A stretch of DNA of 64,000 nt from a virus (lineage: Duplodnaviria; Caudoviricetes), in the IMG/VR virus record IMGVR_UViG_3300028844_004840, positions 1 to 64,000 of that record; one strand, written 5' to 3'. The notes below the pieces were generated by a model that was given only the letters and a program-made list of their open reading frames with translations, searched no databases and was not told where the DNA came from. This document shows, one piece after another, positions 1 to 9,779 of the stretch. Numbering within the stretch: position 1 is the stretch's first letter; each line of letters starts with the position of its first letter. The translations under genes and the position numbers were made by a program.

Positions 1-192
1 ACACCGCTATACACGCAATACACTCCGCTTGACACAACCCGCGAATCATTCTAGGAGTAACGTAACGCGATCAAAACCCAGTCAAGAACTGCCCACCACA
101 AAAATAATACACCCATCCATTCCCGAAATAATCCACCAACCCATCCACTTAATAAGTGCCCGCGTAGCGGGCGATTCGAAGGAGACCGATTC

Positions 193-1137
193 ATGAATGA
201 TTTACAAAACACCCACCAACGTATCAATACAACCAACGCGGCATTAGAAACGCTTTCAGATTCTGTATCTGACCTTTTAGATACCGTAGAAGAGCTTGTC
301 CAGTATCGCGAAATTTTTGGTAAGGCACTAGACCTCCTCGCCCAAAAGCTTGACGAAGTTGGTCTTGTATCCTGTGACGGAGAAATCATCACAAACTTAA
401 ACGTCCTGACCGAAGATCTGGGCATGCTGGAACAGACCGTTACAGATATGATGCTTGACGGCATCGATGATGAAGCCCCCGACGATTATTTTGATGAACA
501 CGACGACGCCTACTATAGTGAATGCGATGATGACGCGTATGGGTTCACAGGCTCCGACGACACTTCCTCCGACGAAGGTGGTACAACATACACCTTCGAT
601 ATTGAAGCCACTTCAAATGGTATTCCTGTATTCACCTCTACGCGCACACCGGATATGACTATTGAACGCATCTTCGCTAACACCGCACCATCATACGTGG
701 ATCCAGAATTGGAAGCGATCCTTGCAGAACTTAACACACCGATGGTCACTGCGGAGCCTATTCCTACTGAAACCATTACGTCCAGTCCTATTGATGCACT
801 CCATTTTGACGTGGCGGCTGCGGGAGAATCCTCTTATGTGTTGGAGGCCAGTAAACAGCTACGGTACAACGCTGAGCAACTGCTAGAAGCTGGGCACTTG
901 ACCACTCCCGACGCAATGTCGTTGTTACATCTCTCTTACGGCGAATTGGATGAAAATTTTAAGCAGAGCGTAGATGTGTACAACGTGCTTAAAATCGTAG
1001 ATGGAGAGTATATAACACCTGAACACGTCCTACACGTACTCATTGGAACGTATCTTCGCGTTATATCGGACGGCTCAATGTCTGCATACAAATCCCTAGT
1101 AAATGACATGTATGGATGGAAATCTACGTCGCTCTGA
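193..1137 (+). CDS. hypothetical acidic protein
   Basis: 314-aa ORF with AAGGAG SD; D/E-rich centre. Confidence 0.8.
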   Translation: MNDLQNTHQRINTTNAALETLSDSVSDLLDTVEELVQYREIFGKALDLLAQKLDEVGLVSCDGEIITNLNVLTEDLGMLEQTVTDMMLDGIDDEAPDDYFDEHDDAYYSECDDDAYGFTGSDDTSSDEGGTTYTFDIEATSNGIPVFTSTRTPDMTIERIFANTAPSYVDPELEAILAELNTPMVTAEPIPTETITSSPIDALHFDVAAAGESSYVLEASKQLRYNAEQLLEAGHLTTPDAMSLLHLSYGELDENFKQSVDVYNVLKIVDGEYITPEHVLHVLIGTYLRVISDGSMSAYKSLVNDMYGWKSTSL

Positions 1138-1245
1138 ACGAATCAGCACAGACGGCGGTCTTTTTTGACCGTTGTCAACCCTTTTTTATTGACATGTGCG
1201 AATTTATCCTACAGTATGCACTATATAAACTTGCTGGGATAACAC

Positions 1246-1776
1246 ATGACTACACCAACGCGCCCTGCGTGGAACCACAAAGAAGTAATTGAAGCGGCTG
1301 CAGCTACCATTGTGGAACCTGTTCGAGAGTGGGCTAGTCTTAGTGGATGTTTGAACGACACTGAGAATGGCCCACAATTCCACGCTTTGGTGACTGTTGC
1401 AGTTCTGGAAAGCCCTGACGCGTACAGAGCAGGCCGTTACTTTGAAGATTTCTACGGATGGCCTGTTGATCGTCCGTTGATAACAATACTCGACAGCGCT
1501 TTCAGACAAATGAAGGAACTAGAATCCAAATTTGTCCATGCGTGGGTAATGAAGCACAACATCCGTATCAACGCCAAAACTGGACAAGGTGTCCGTGTAC
1601 GCATTGGCGACGCCGAATTCACCGCCGAAGTAGTTGGCTTGATAAAACGAGAGGCACGTGTTGTCATAGAAACAGTTGGCACAGAACCAAAAACAATGGT
1701 CATCCCTTCCGAAGAGATTGTGGAAGCTTGGGATATGGCCCCCAAACCTGAAAAAACAAAGAAAGATCCCGCATGA
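1246..1776 (+). CDS. hypothetical phage protein
   Basis: 176-aa ORF after a TTGACA promoter; ATGA overlap with next gene. Confidence 0.8.
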   Translation: MTTPTRPAWNHKEVIEAAAATIVEPVREWASLSGCLNDTENGPQFHALVTVAVLESPDAYRAGRYFEDFYGWPVDRPLITILDSAFRQMKELESKFVHAWVMKHNIRINAKTGQGVRVRIGDAEFTAEVVGLIKREARVVIETVGTEPKTMVIPSEEIVEAWDMAPKPEKTKKDPA

Positions 1777-2288
1777 TAGTTGTAGGCATTGACCCCGGAA
1801 ATGACGGCGCTCTAGCTTTCCTAGACACAGATGCGGGAACAATGCGTATTGTCGATATGCCGATATTTCAATGGGAAACAACAAAAACCAGAAAGAAGAT
1901 CGACGGGTACACGATAGCCGCTGAACTAGGTGCGCAGTCTGTGGACCACATTCTAATGGAAGAGGTTTGGTCTAGTCCGCAGATGGGAGTAGTGTCTGCT
2001 TTCTCGTTCGGCAATGGACGTGGAATAATTGAAGGGGTTGCGGCTGGTATGCAAATTCCTATGTCACAGGTAAAGCCTGCCAAGTGGAAGAAAGACATGA
2101 AAGTACCAGCGGATAAGAAGGCTGCAGTACAGCGCGCCACGCAATTGTTCCCAAAGATCGGGCACATGTTTAGAGGCCCGCGCGGTGGTATTATAGATGG
2201 GCGTGCAGAAGCTGCACTTCTCGCGTTTTATTGCACGTTGGATCTAAATGCCACACCACGTGGTACTATTGAATTGGTTACAGAATGA
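1773..2288 (+). CDS. RuvC-like Holliday junction resolvase
   Basis: VGIDPG...EEV...SAFSFG...KWKK...DGRAEAALLA motifs. Confidence 0.88.
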   Translation: MIVVGIDPGNDGALAFLDTDAGTMRIVDMPIFQWETTKTRKKIDGYTIAAELGAQSVDHILMEEVWSSPQMGVVSAFSFGNGRGIIEGVAAGMQIPMSQVKPAKWKKDMKVPADKKAAVQRATQLFPKIGHMFRGPRGGIIDGRAEAALLAFYCTLDLNATPRGTIELVTE

Positions 2289-2464
2289 AATTAACTAATC
2301 CCCAACACGAGCAATTCAGCCAATGCTTGGCATTAGGTGCAAATTCTGCATCATCCTGCTACGCCAACGCTGGATATCAACAAGACCGTGTCGCCGCTGA
2401 ATACCTCGCGAAGACTAAAGTAATCGCCGCACGTGTATGTGAGATAAAGGAAGAAAATGCCTAA
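2285..2464 (+). CDS. 59-aa paralog of the terminase small subunit N-terminal HTH (not in ORF track)
   Basis: MKLTNPQHEQFSQCLALG...YANAGY...VIAARVCEIKEE aligns by eye with the TerS N-terminus; overlaps both neighbours. Confidence 0.7.
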   Translation: MKLTNPQHEQFSQCLALGANSASSCYANAGYQQDRVAAEYLAKTKVIAARVCEIKEENA

Positions 2465-3014
2465 ACTTTCTAATGAAAAGCACGACATGTTCGCACATGG
2501 ACTAGCTAAAGGCATGTCCAAAGTGGATGCTTACGTACATGCAGGTTACAATGATAGCCCTCCCAGCGCAACCCGATTATCACAAAAACCGGAGGTTGTG
2601 CAGCGTGTGCAGGAAATCCGTCAGGACATGATGGAAGTCGCGAAAGATTTAATTGAAGTACCCACCGAAGAAAATGCGGTAGCTTTCGCCGAGGCAGGTC
2701 TGACACTGGAATGGTGTGTGGAACAATTTAAAGACATTGCAGATAAGGCAAAAACTGCAGGACAGTTTGCACCAGCAAACGCCGCCATAAAAAACATCCA
2801 AGGCATCATCGAATTGAAAACTGCCAAAGACAGTGGCAAGGATTCTGATGATGCGGAACCACGTATCAAACTGTCCGACGCAACTGCATTTGCCAAGGCT
2901 CTTGCTGATCTACGCGACATACCGTCATTGGAGGGACCCACAACAATTGATGTAACCCCCCCGTCGGAATCTGCGTCATTTACGGAGAACACCAATGTTA
3001 ATCACACAGAATGA
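2457..3014 (+). CDS. terS: terminase small subunit
   Basis: HTH pattern KHDMFAHGLAKG...AYVHAGY; directly upstream of terL. Confidence 0.8.
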   Translation: MPKLSNEKHDMFAHGLAKGMSKVDAYVHAGYNDSPPSATRLSQKPEVVQRVQEIRQDMMEVAKDLIEVPTEENAVAFAEAGLTLEWCVEQFKDIADKAKTAGQFAPANAAIKNIQGIIELKTAKDSGKDSDDAEPRIKLSDATAFAKALADLRDIPSLEGPTTIDVTPPSESASFTENTNVNHTE

Positions 3015-4641
3015 GCGTAAAGAGTATCGCACCGCCCTATCTGAAATGACTGTACTACGTGACCGTGTAGAGGCACACATCGCTGGGCGCGAACCACTCG
3101 ATCCACGTGTCCTCGCCCTCACAGAACAGATGACGGGAACGTCGGACGTACGCAACCAATTACGCGCACTTGATGCTACCTATGATGATTTCAACACACA
3201 GTATGATGAAAAGCTACGCTATGCGTCCCAATTCCGTTTTTCACCGTTTTGTGAATACATGTTCCGCGATGAAGTACCGGCACAACACCATGAATTTTTG
3301 ATTGATCACATGGAAGCAATTTATCATGGAGACATAACGCGTCTAGCTATCTCCATGCCTCCCGGAGCAGCAAAAAGCTCTTACGCTTCACACCGTTTTG
3401 GCGCTTGGTATCTAGGACAGCGTCCGGATCACCGTTGGTTGCAGGGTGCGCACACGATGACCTTTGCCAAAGATCGCTTAGGTAAAGTTGTGCGCGGGAT
3501 GATGAGCGAAGATCGCTACAAAAACATATTTCCAGATGTACGCCTGAGCGCATCATCAAGCGCTGCGGACTATTTTGAATTTGCAGGCTACCGTGGGTAC
3601 TACAAAGCAGTCGGTGTCGGTACGGGCATTGCTGGGTATCGCTTTGAAATTGGGGCTATTGATGACCCTATCGCATCGCGCGCCGATGCAGAAAGCCCTA
3701 CATTCCGCAAGACATTGCATAGCTGGTTTGACGATGACTTTGGTACACGTCCATCCAATCCGGATGCGCCGATATTTGTTGTGAACACACGCTGGCACGA
3801 AGACGATCTAGTAGGGCATGAGCTACAGAAAATGGCAGAAGGACGCGGCGATGAATGGGTAATTCTGAACATCCCAGCACTGGCAGAAGAGGATGATATC
3901 CTAGGACGCCAAGTAGGAGAGGGCTTGTGGCCTGAGTTGTTTGGAACAGCCCACTATGAAAAACGAAAGATGACTTTGACGGGGCGTTCATGGAATTCCT
4001 TGTATCAAGGACACCCAACCGATGAAGACGGGGGTGTACTCAAACGTGAAGACGTTACCACATATTCGAAGCTTCCACGAAACGGTGTAGACTCTGACGG
4101 GAACGTTGCGGAGCAAGTTATAAAACGTGTTACACTATCTGTTGACTGTGCTGAAAAAGCGACAGAACGTTCTGACTACACGGCAGCGACTGTGTGGGTA
4201 GAGACTAATGAGAAAAAGCACTACCTAGTGCATGCGTCTCGTATCAAAAAAGAATTCACTGAAATGGTTCAGTGGATCGAAGAAATGGCAACTGCTACTT
4301 ACTGTGACACAAAAGTCTCACAAATTCTTGTGGAAGATCGTGGCGCAGGTACACAGTATATCCAAATTAGAAAGACCTCACCCGGACGCGTGCCTGTCAT
4401 TCCTATTGCAACTAAACAGCAGTCTAAAGCTTTCCGTTTCGACGGTGTCACACCAATGTTTGCCGCAGGACAGGCACTACTACCGGAGAAAGGCGTAAGC
4501 TGGATTGCAGACGTAGAGGCGGAGCTTTATGCCTTCCCTCAAGGCCGTAATGATGACTATGTGGACACCGTATCACAGTATCTAGCATACTCTCGTGAGA
4601 ACAATATTCAACGCGGAATGCGAAAATTAATTACCCACTAG
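2995..4641 (+). CDS. terL: terminase large subunit
   Basis: Walker A-like SMPPGAAKS, IDDP, TRWHEDDL, LYQG, nuclease SVD...DYTA and FP.G.NDDYVD. Confidence 0.96.
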   Translation: MLITQNERKEYRTALSEMTVLRDRVEAHIAGREPLDPRVLALTEQMTGTSDVRNQLRALDATYDDFNTQYDEKLRYASQFRFSPFCEYMFRDEVPAQHHEFLIDHMEAIYHGDITRLAISMPPGAAKSSYASHRFGAWYLGQRPDHRWLQGAHTMTFAKDRLGKVVRGMMSEDRYKNIFPDVRLSASSSAADYFEFAGYRGYYKAVGVGTGIAGYRFEIGAIDDPIASRADAESPTFRKTLHSWFDDDFGTRPSNPDAPIFVVNTRWHEDDLVGHELQKMAEGRGDEWVILNIPALAEEDDILGRQVGEGLWPELFGTAHYEKRKMTLTGRSWNSLYQGHPTDEDGGVLKREDVTTYSKLPRNGVDSDGNVAEQVIKRVTLSVDCAEKATERSDYTAATVWVETNEKKHYLVHASRIKKEFTEMVQWIEEMATATYCDTKVSQILVEDRGAGTQYIQIRKTSPGRVPVIPIATKQQSKAFRFDGVTPMFAAGQALLPEKGVSWIADVEAELYAFPQGRNDDYVDTVSQYLAYSRENNIQRGMRKLITH

Positions 4642-4657
4642 GGACCCAAAGAATTTC

Positions 4658-4690
4658 GAAAACGCCCCTGCATAAAACAGGGGCGTTTTT
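4658..4690. terminator. bidirectional intrinsic terminator
   Basis: AAAACGCCCCTG-loop-CAGGGGCGTTTTT between convergent genes. Confidence 0.8.
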
Positions 4691-4699
4691 GTTACAGCG

Positions 4700-4978
4700 C
4701 TACGCTTCGTAGACACGAATTCTTACAGCTAAAAAGTCGCGCGGATCAAAATAAACATCATCAATATACATCGCGCATTCACTATCTTTATCTTTTGTAG
4801 CATCTCTGACAACTCCTGCCAAGGTGTCCTTATGGCGCGTGACAACCTCTAACAAATTATCAGATGGATCGTTAAGATCGCTGGTGCCAAATATAGTAGT
4901 GCCAATCGGTACCCAACTCCCTGTAGCTGCTACCATTCCATCAATACGTAGGACTACATCTCGTTGCTTATTAGTCAT
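4700..4978 (-). CDS. hypothetical protein
   Basis: GGAG SD before ATG at 4978; upstream TTGAC promoter on minus strand. Confidence 0.65.
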   Translation of the reverse strand: MTNKQRDVVLRIDGMVAATGSWVPIGTTIFGTSDLNDPSDNLLEVVTRHKDTLAGVVRDATKDKDSECAMYIDDVYFDPRDFLAVRIRVYEA

Positions 4979-5474
4979 GTTGTTCTCCAATTCTGTTTCG
5001 TTTCGATGTATTATATTTATGCCAAGAAAGTATCCGCGTCAAGACATATTTTCAAGAAAAAATAATTCGAAGACACCCCCTCCCCTATATGCCAAAAGCA
5101 GCCGCCGAGGCGAATCGAAGTAATAATAAAAATATTGCTACAAATCGTTGACACGCCCCGAATCGAATCACGGCTTCGCCGTCAGAAATAACATCATACC
5201 AAATGGTATCATGTCCCTTATTTATGTGACAAATATGTCGATGTGCGAAATGATCCAGTCAGGTCTAAAAGTGTGCAAAAAGCACATCTGAAAACTCGAA
5301 AAAATACCGGTATCGTAAGTAGCTGTTTTTAAACGAATACTTTTCGCACAATTATCTACAGGATGTGCGAAATCCTCGAAATGCGAACAAATAGTCGCAT
5401 ATCGGACCTATTATTTTTAATATCTGACCCACTCACTGTTGATTCCGGATAAGGGTTGACTTACTGTATTTTTC

Positions 5475-6320
5475 ATGAAAACGGAATTTTGCCAAAAATG
5501 CGACCTCGAAACTCGTCGATATAAGAACGGGAATTGTGAGTGCTGTGCGTACATTTCTCGCTACAATGGTCAGTTGTTATCGGGTGGAATGTCTTACGCA
5601 GACGCTCGTAAAAAATCGCGTGCCGTGGGATTGGCTAGAGCGCGCGGAGAAGCGTTTCCCGCCCCCCTAGTTACACCAAAAGAAGTGCCCAAATCTAAAG
5701 AGTGGGAATGTAAAAACTGTGGCAACAAAACGGAGCGCAACTCCCGAGGATCGTGCCGACCATGTGACGTAGAACGCCGACTTAAACGCAAATACCCCGA
5801 CGCCTCTTGGGAAGAAATAGAATCGAAGATAGAGCGCTCCGAAAGACGTCGTAGAGGAGACCCGTGGGAGTGTAAAAATTGTGGTAACAAAACCGACCGA
5901 TGGAAAAGCGGCGCGTGCGCGCCGTGTGCTCGCCAGCGTAAAGTTGACAAGTATGTATCCGTAAAAGATTCAGACCCTGTAGTTCTCGAACAACGCCGCC
6001 AACTGGCGCGAGAGAATCGTGCTCGGCAGATGGAATTTGAGGATGACCCCCGTAAGCATTTTGAGGGGAAGAAAGAACACATAAAAGCTGCCACACCACC
6101 GTGGTTGGATGTGTTCCAGTTGGCAGATATTCAGGCCACATATTACAAAGCCCGCTGGCTCTCTAACAAGTCGGGAATCAAACATCACGTAGATCACACG
6201 GTACCGCTAAATCACCCCGATGTTTGTGGCTTACACGTGCCGTGGAATCTTCAAGTGATCACGTGGGAAGAGAACCAAGAAAAAAATTCCGCAAAATTTG
6301 AGGATGCAAATAGTTTTTGA
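5475..6320 (+). CDS. HNH endonuclease with zinc-ribbon repeats
   Basis: C-terminal ATPPW...HHVDHTVPL...VCGLHVPWNLQVI..EEN..K; two WECKNCGNKT repeats. Confidence 0.9.
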   Translation: MKTEFCQKCDLETRRYKNGNCECCAYISRYNGQLLSGGMSYADARKKSRAVGLARARGEAFPAPLVTPKEVPKSKEWECKNCGNKTERNSRGSCRPCDVERRLKRKYPDASWEEIESKIERSERRRRGDPWECKNCGNKTDRWKSGACAPCARQRKVDKYVSVKDSDPVVLEQRRQLARENRARQMEFEDDPRKHFEGKKEHIKAATPPWLDVFQLADIQATYYKARWLSNKSGIKHHVDHTVPLNHPDVCGLHVPWNLQVITWEENQEKNSAKFEDANSF

Positions 6321-6389
6321 AAAACTATCTTGACGTTCCCTCATTTTGTATTGTAGAAGGGACCCAGAGAAATTCAAAAGGAGGCCCAT

Positions 6390-6548
6390 ATGTGTTGCGC
6401 ACCATCCGGATATAGTGAAGAAGAAATAAATGGCGAATGTCCCGACTGCGGGGAAGATACTGTGGACGGCGACGCGTACTATCATTGTTCGTATTCTCCC
6501 GAAAGCTGTACTACCTGCGGCACCCGCTACTGTGATCTATCTTGTTAA
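6390..6548 (+). CDS. 52-aa Cys-rich mini-protein (not in ORF track)
   Basis: AAGGAGG SD; MCCAPSG...CPDCG...CTTCG..YCDLSC, 9 Cys. Confidence 0.75.
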   Translation: MCCAPSGYSEEEINGECPDCGEDTVDGDAYYHCSYSPESCTTCGTRYCDLSC

Positions 6549-6579
6549 GAGAACCCAGAGAAATTCAAAAGGAGGCCCC

Positions 6580-6777
6580 ATGACCCCACGTTTAGATGTA
6601 TTCGGAAGACCTATCAGTGTTGGAGATGTTGTAGCGGCTGCAACTCCAAAGTATGGTGTGATGGTTGTCGGGTGTGTTGTTTCTTTCTCCCCCAAAATGG
6701 TGCAGATTGAATACGCAGACGGAACTAAAAAGATGTCACATTACGCCCACAGTATTGCGAAGAGGGACCCAACCTAA
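6580..6777 (+). CDS. small SH3-like hypothetical protein
   Basis: AAGGAGG SD before ATG 6580; DVFGRPISVGDVV. Confidence 0.7.
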   Translation: MTPRLDVFGRPISVGDVVAAATPKYGVMVVGCVVSFSPKMVQIEYADGTKKMSHYAHSIAKRDPT

Positions 6778-6961
6778 TTCGATGACGGGCACCCCCCCTG
6801 ATTTAGATCGATCAAGGACCCAGGCAAATTCGAAAACACCCCCTACCTAGAATCGGAAAACTCACCCGCTACGCGGGCGAAAACTCTTATCACGATATCT
6901 CATTTTTTCTGGCGACCGACTTATCTTGATCGCTCACTTTTTGTATGGTAATCATTCCAGC

Positions 6962-7294
6962 ATGGAAAAGAAGAAACGCATCCCACCGCCCAGCGATGTT
7001 GCCGCAGACCGCCGCACAATCATCGACTCATTCGGACGAAGAATCGGACACATGTGGCCCGAAGATCTAGAGGCTTATTTGAAGGCAACGTTCGGTGATG
7101 GATGGATTGCATCGTTCGCCCGCTACGCGGGTATGTCCCGTGACACGCTGGATCTGTATCGTAGAGGCCACCTACCCATCCCGAAACATATTGCGCAATT
7201 AGTTCTGCTAACACGCTGGTACAATCTTAACACACCAAAGTACAAAGCCCGTCGAAAGGTGGATCTACAAACGCCTTGGCTCGATGTGGAATAA
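6962..7294 (+). CDS. HTH DNA-binding protein
   Basis: FARYAGMSRDTLDLYRRGHLPIP resembles an Xre/Cro HTH. Confidence 0.7.
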   Translation: MEKKKRIPPPSDVAADRRTIIDSFGRRIGHMWPEDLEAYLKATFGDGWIASFARYAGMSRDTLDLYRRGHLPIPKHIAQLVLLTRWYNLNTPKYKARRKVDLQTPWLDVE

Positions 7295-7801
7295 ACTTGG
7301 TGCGATGTGGTGACCGTCTCCGGTAGGAGCGGGCGCAGCGTGGTTGTGTTGGTGTAGGCCCGCGTAGCGGGAAATAAATAAAATAATACTTGACGCCCAT
7401 CGATAGTTTATCTATACAAAGGTTATGCAGGAAGTGCTTGATCGAGCCACTTCATGCTGCGAACGTTTTGAGTCGTTCAATGGTACACAAATAGGGCAGC
7501 TACGGGGCGGCGGAAATCTCGGTGCTGTCCTATTTGTGGTTTATCGTCAAACCTAAATTTGTCACAGTTCTCCATTTTTCTTATCATGATCGCTCATTTT
7601 TTTTCTCACTCTCGATAAATTTTTTTATCATAATCGGTCATTTTTTCTGGCGCGCCCCTGCCGAGTTTTTCGCAGACGAAATTTTCGATGGGCAGATTCC
7701 GCACTCCTAAACCGTCCCATACTACAGCGATATCCGTCGCCGTTTCCTGACCTCATAAACAACATATAAGGGGCTGTGATGATTCGCAACCCCCTAATTT
7801 T

Positions 7802-7984
7802 TTATTGGATAAAAGAACTTGCGGTTTCTTCATAAGGCCGTACCTCGCCTTGTACGCCCATATTGTAACCATAGACGTGCAACCACTCCAAACGGTAACG
7901 GGTGTGGGATTTAATGAAGTAGATAACGTCCAACGCGGTACCCGTAAATAATACAGCCTGATCTATTTTGACCTGATAAATCAT
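7802..7984 (-). CDS. hypothetical protein
   Basis: 60-aa ORF coupled (ATGA) to 7981..8271. Confidence 0.55.
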   Translation of the reverse strand: MIYQVKIDQAVLFTGTALDVIYFIKSHTRYRLEWLHVYGYNMGVQGEVRPYEETASSFIQ

Positions 7985-8271
7985 GCTATATGGACCAATT
8001 CAAAACGCGGCGTTTCCCGTATCGTTTTGGCTAGGTCGGATTCTAACCATTCGCAGATATACGAGTGATCACCGCAATGGGATGTTTCGCCAGCGTGTAA
8101 CCGCTGAAAAATCTTTGCAGTACCATAACCCAAACCTTTCCCTATCGCCGCGCGGCTTGTGCCTTCAATACATGGGTTGCGGTTGCCAACCATATCTGAT
8201 TCGTATACGTGAAACGCGCCTCCCTTTGTCCTAAGTACAAAGCGACCTTTACGTGGTGTTGGATGTGTCAT
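7981..8271 (-). CDS. hypothetical protein
   Basis: Own TTGACA promoter and AAGGA SD on minus strand. Confidence 0.7.
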   Translation of the reverse strand: MTHPTPRKGRFVLRTKGGAFHVYESDMVGNRNPCIEGTSRAAIGKGLGYGTAKIFQRLHAGETSHCGDHSYICEWLESDLAKTIRETPRFELVHIA

Positions 8272-8425
8272 TGTGTGATTCCTTTATTTCGGTTGTGTTC
8301 CTTATATATGGGTCACAAGGAACAACGTGTCAACAAAAAATAATAATGAAAAAAGCTATTGACGTATTACTGCGAATCAACCTATAACTAACTTATCGAA
8401 ACACAGGCCTTGAAAGGATGTAGAA

Positions 8426-8665
8426 ATGAAAGCCACTGCTTATCACACAATTGCCGCAACGGCGGAATTCACGATGCCGGATGGATACGCGGATTCAGAT
8501 ATTGAATCTGTATACGTTAAATGGGGAGACGTGTAATTGACAATGAAAGATGGCACCACGCACCACGTCGCGGAATGTGAAATTGAAATTGATTCGATTG
8601 ACCATAAACGCCCCGACTCTGTCAAAATTTCAGGGTGCGACGGAAATACTATTGTGACCAACTGA
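8426..8665 (+). pseudogene. 79-codon cassette gene with internal TAA
   Basis: Promoter and SD present; TAA at 8534-8536, frame continues to TGA at 8663. Confidence 0.65.
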
Positions 8666-8737
8666 AAAAAGCGCTTGACGCCACCCACCGAATCAACCTA
8701 TAACTAACTTATCGAAACGCAAAAAGGAATTTGCACA

Positions 8738-8938
8738 ATGCTAACAGCGCAAGAGATTTTAGATAAATATAAATTCACTGATGGCGGAATTGAAGTATTT
8801 CCAAGACAAGAATCCGCCTTAACACCTACCCAAAGAACCAAACTATTTTGGCACTATGAACAGGTGGTCCAATTGAAAGAAGCACGCGCCACCCTAGCAC
8901 GCCTAGAATCGCTTAAAGAAAAAATTACATCTGAATAA
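8738..8938 (+). CDS. hypothetical cassette protein
   Basis: Starts at the repeat ATG. Confidence 0.8.
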   Translation: MLTAQEILDKYKFTDGGIEVFPRQESALTPTQRTKLFWHYEQVVQLKEARATLARLESLKEKITSE

Positions 8939-9006
8939 ACCTATTGACGCCACCCACCGAATCAACCTATAACTAACTTATCGAAACGCAAAAAGGAATT
9001 TGCACA

Positions 9007-9387
9007 ATGGAATATATCGAAACAACCGACGGTGAAATATTTGACAAAACGGAGTGCACCCCCCTATTTCATAGCGCAACGTCCACCGAAATGGGGGACA
9101 ATTTAGGCGGGTGGGAAATACCAGATGGGACTTCACGGTTTGTTTCGGACGTCCAATATATCAAGGTTTATGTGATACACGGAATCGAATTCGCTGAGGA
9201 AGATTCGATGTGGGCGGAAAAATACTTGACAGAATGTTTCTGGCAAATGTTTGACGAAACCCAGCGCGCTGAATTAGAATCCGACCGCATTGCAATGCGC
9301 GAATCGTTTGCTAATTGGACGGATTGTCTATGCAAAGATGGGGACATTTGTCAAGACAGTTACAACGATTTAGGTATTGTTGAATAA
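9007..9387 (+). CDS. hypothetical acidic cassette protein
   Basis: Starts at the repeat ATG; C-terminal FANWTDCLCKDG. Confidence 0.8.
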   Translation: MEYIETTDGEIFDKTECTPLFHSATSTEMGDNLGGWEIPDGTSRFVSDVQYIKVYVIHGIEFAEEDSMWAEKYLTECFWQMFDETQRAELESDRIAMRESFANWTDCLCKDGDICQDSYNDLGIVE

Positions 9388-9455
9388 ACCTCTTGACGCC
9401 ACCCACCGAATCAACCTATAACTAACTTATCGAAACGCAAAAAGGAATTTGCACA

Positions 9456-9779
9456 ATGACTACTAAACGCGAAAAACCCGCTTTCACTGCCAACGGAAAA
9501 GCCATCTATCACTCTTATAAAGAGGATTCCCCCGCTTCTTATTGGTATAGGTTAACGCCAGATAAAAACGGGCGGAATAGCCGTTCCGAAGATTTAACAG
9601 GTGCGTTTGACGTGCGCAGTCTATCAGCACTAACACCCCCACCTTGTTATTCTGCGTTCATGACTGAATCCGGCGATGTAAATGAAGATTACGACAACTA
9701 TAAAACCGCGTTTATGTTGTGGGTAAAAGAGACTTGCGAATCCGATTTTAAATCAATCAAGAAAGTGACAATCAAATGA
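9456..9779 (+). CDS. hypothetical cassette protein
   Basis: Starts at the repeat ATG. Confidence 0.8.
   Translation: MTTKREKPAFTANGKAIYHSYKEDSPASYWYRLTPDKNGRNSRSEDLTGAFDVRSLSALTPPPCYSAFMTESGDVNEDYDNYKTAFMLWVKETCESDFKSIKKVTIK

Larger units (their letters stand above)
8675..9458 (+). repeat. three exact 66-bp direct repeats (8675-8740, 8944-9009, 9393-9458)
   Basis: TTGACGCCACCCACCGAATCAACCTATAACTAACTTATCGAAACGCAAAAAGGAATTTGCACAATG. Confidence 0.95.

Noticed and set aside
5475-6320. HNH gene as part of a group I intron
   Set aside because: It is free-standing; no interrupted host gene flanks it.
8675-9458. 66-bp direct repeats as a CRISPR array
   Set aside because: Repeats are promoter+SD+ATG units, the intervening 200-380 bp are genes, and no cas genes are present.
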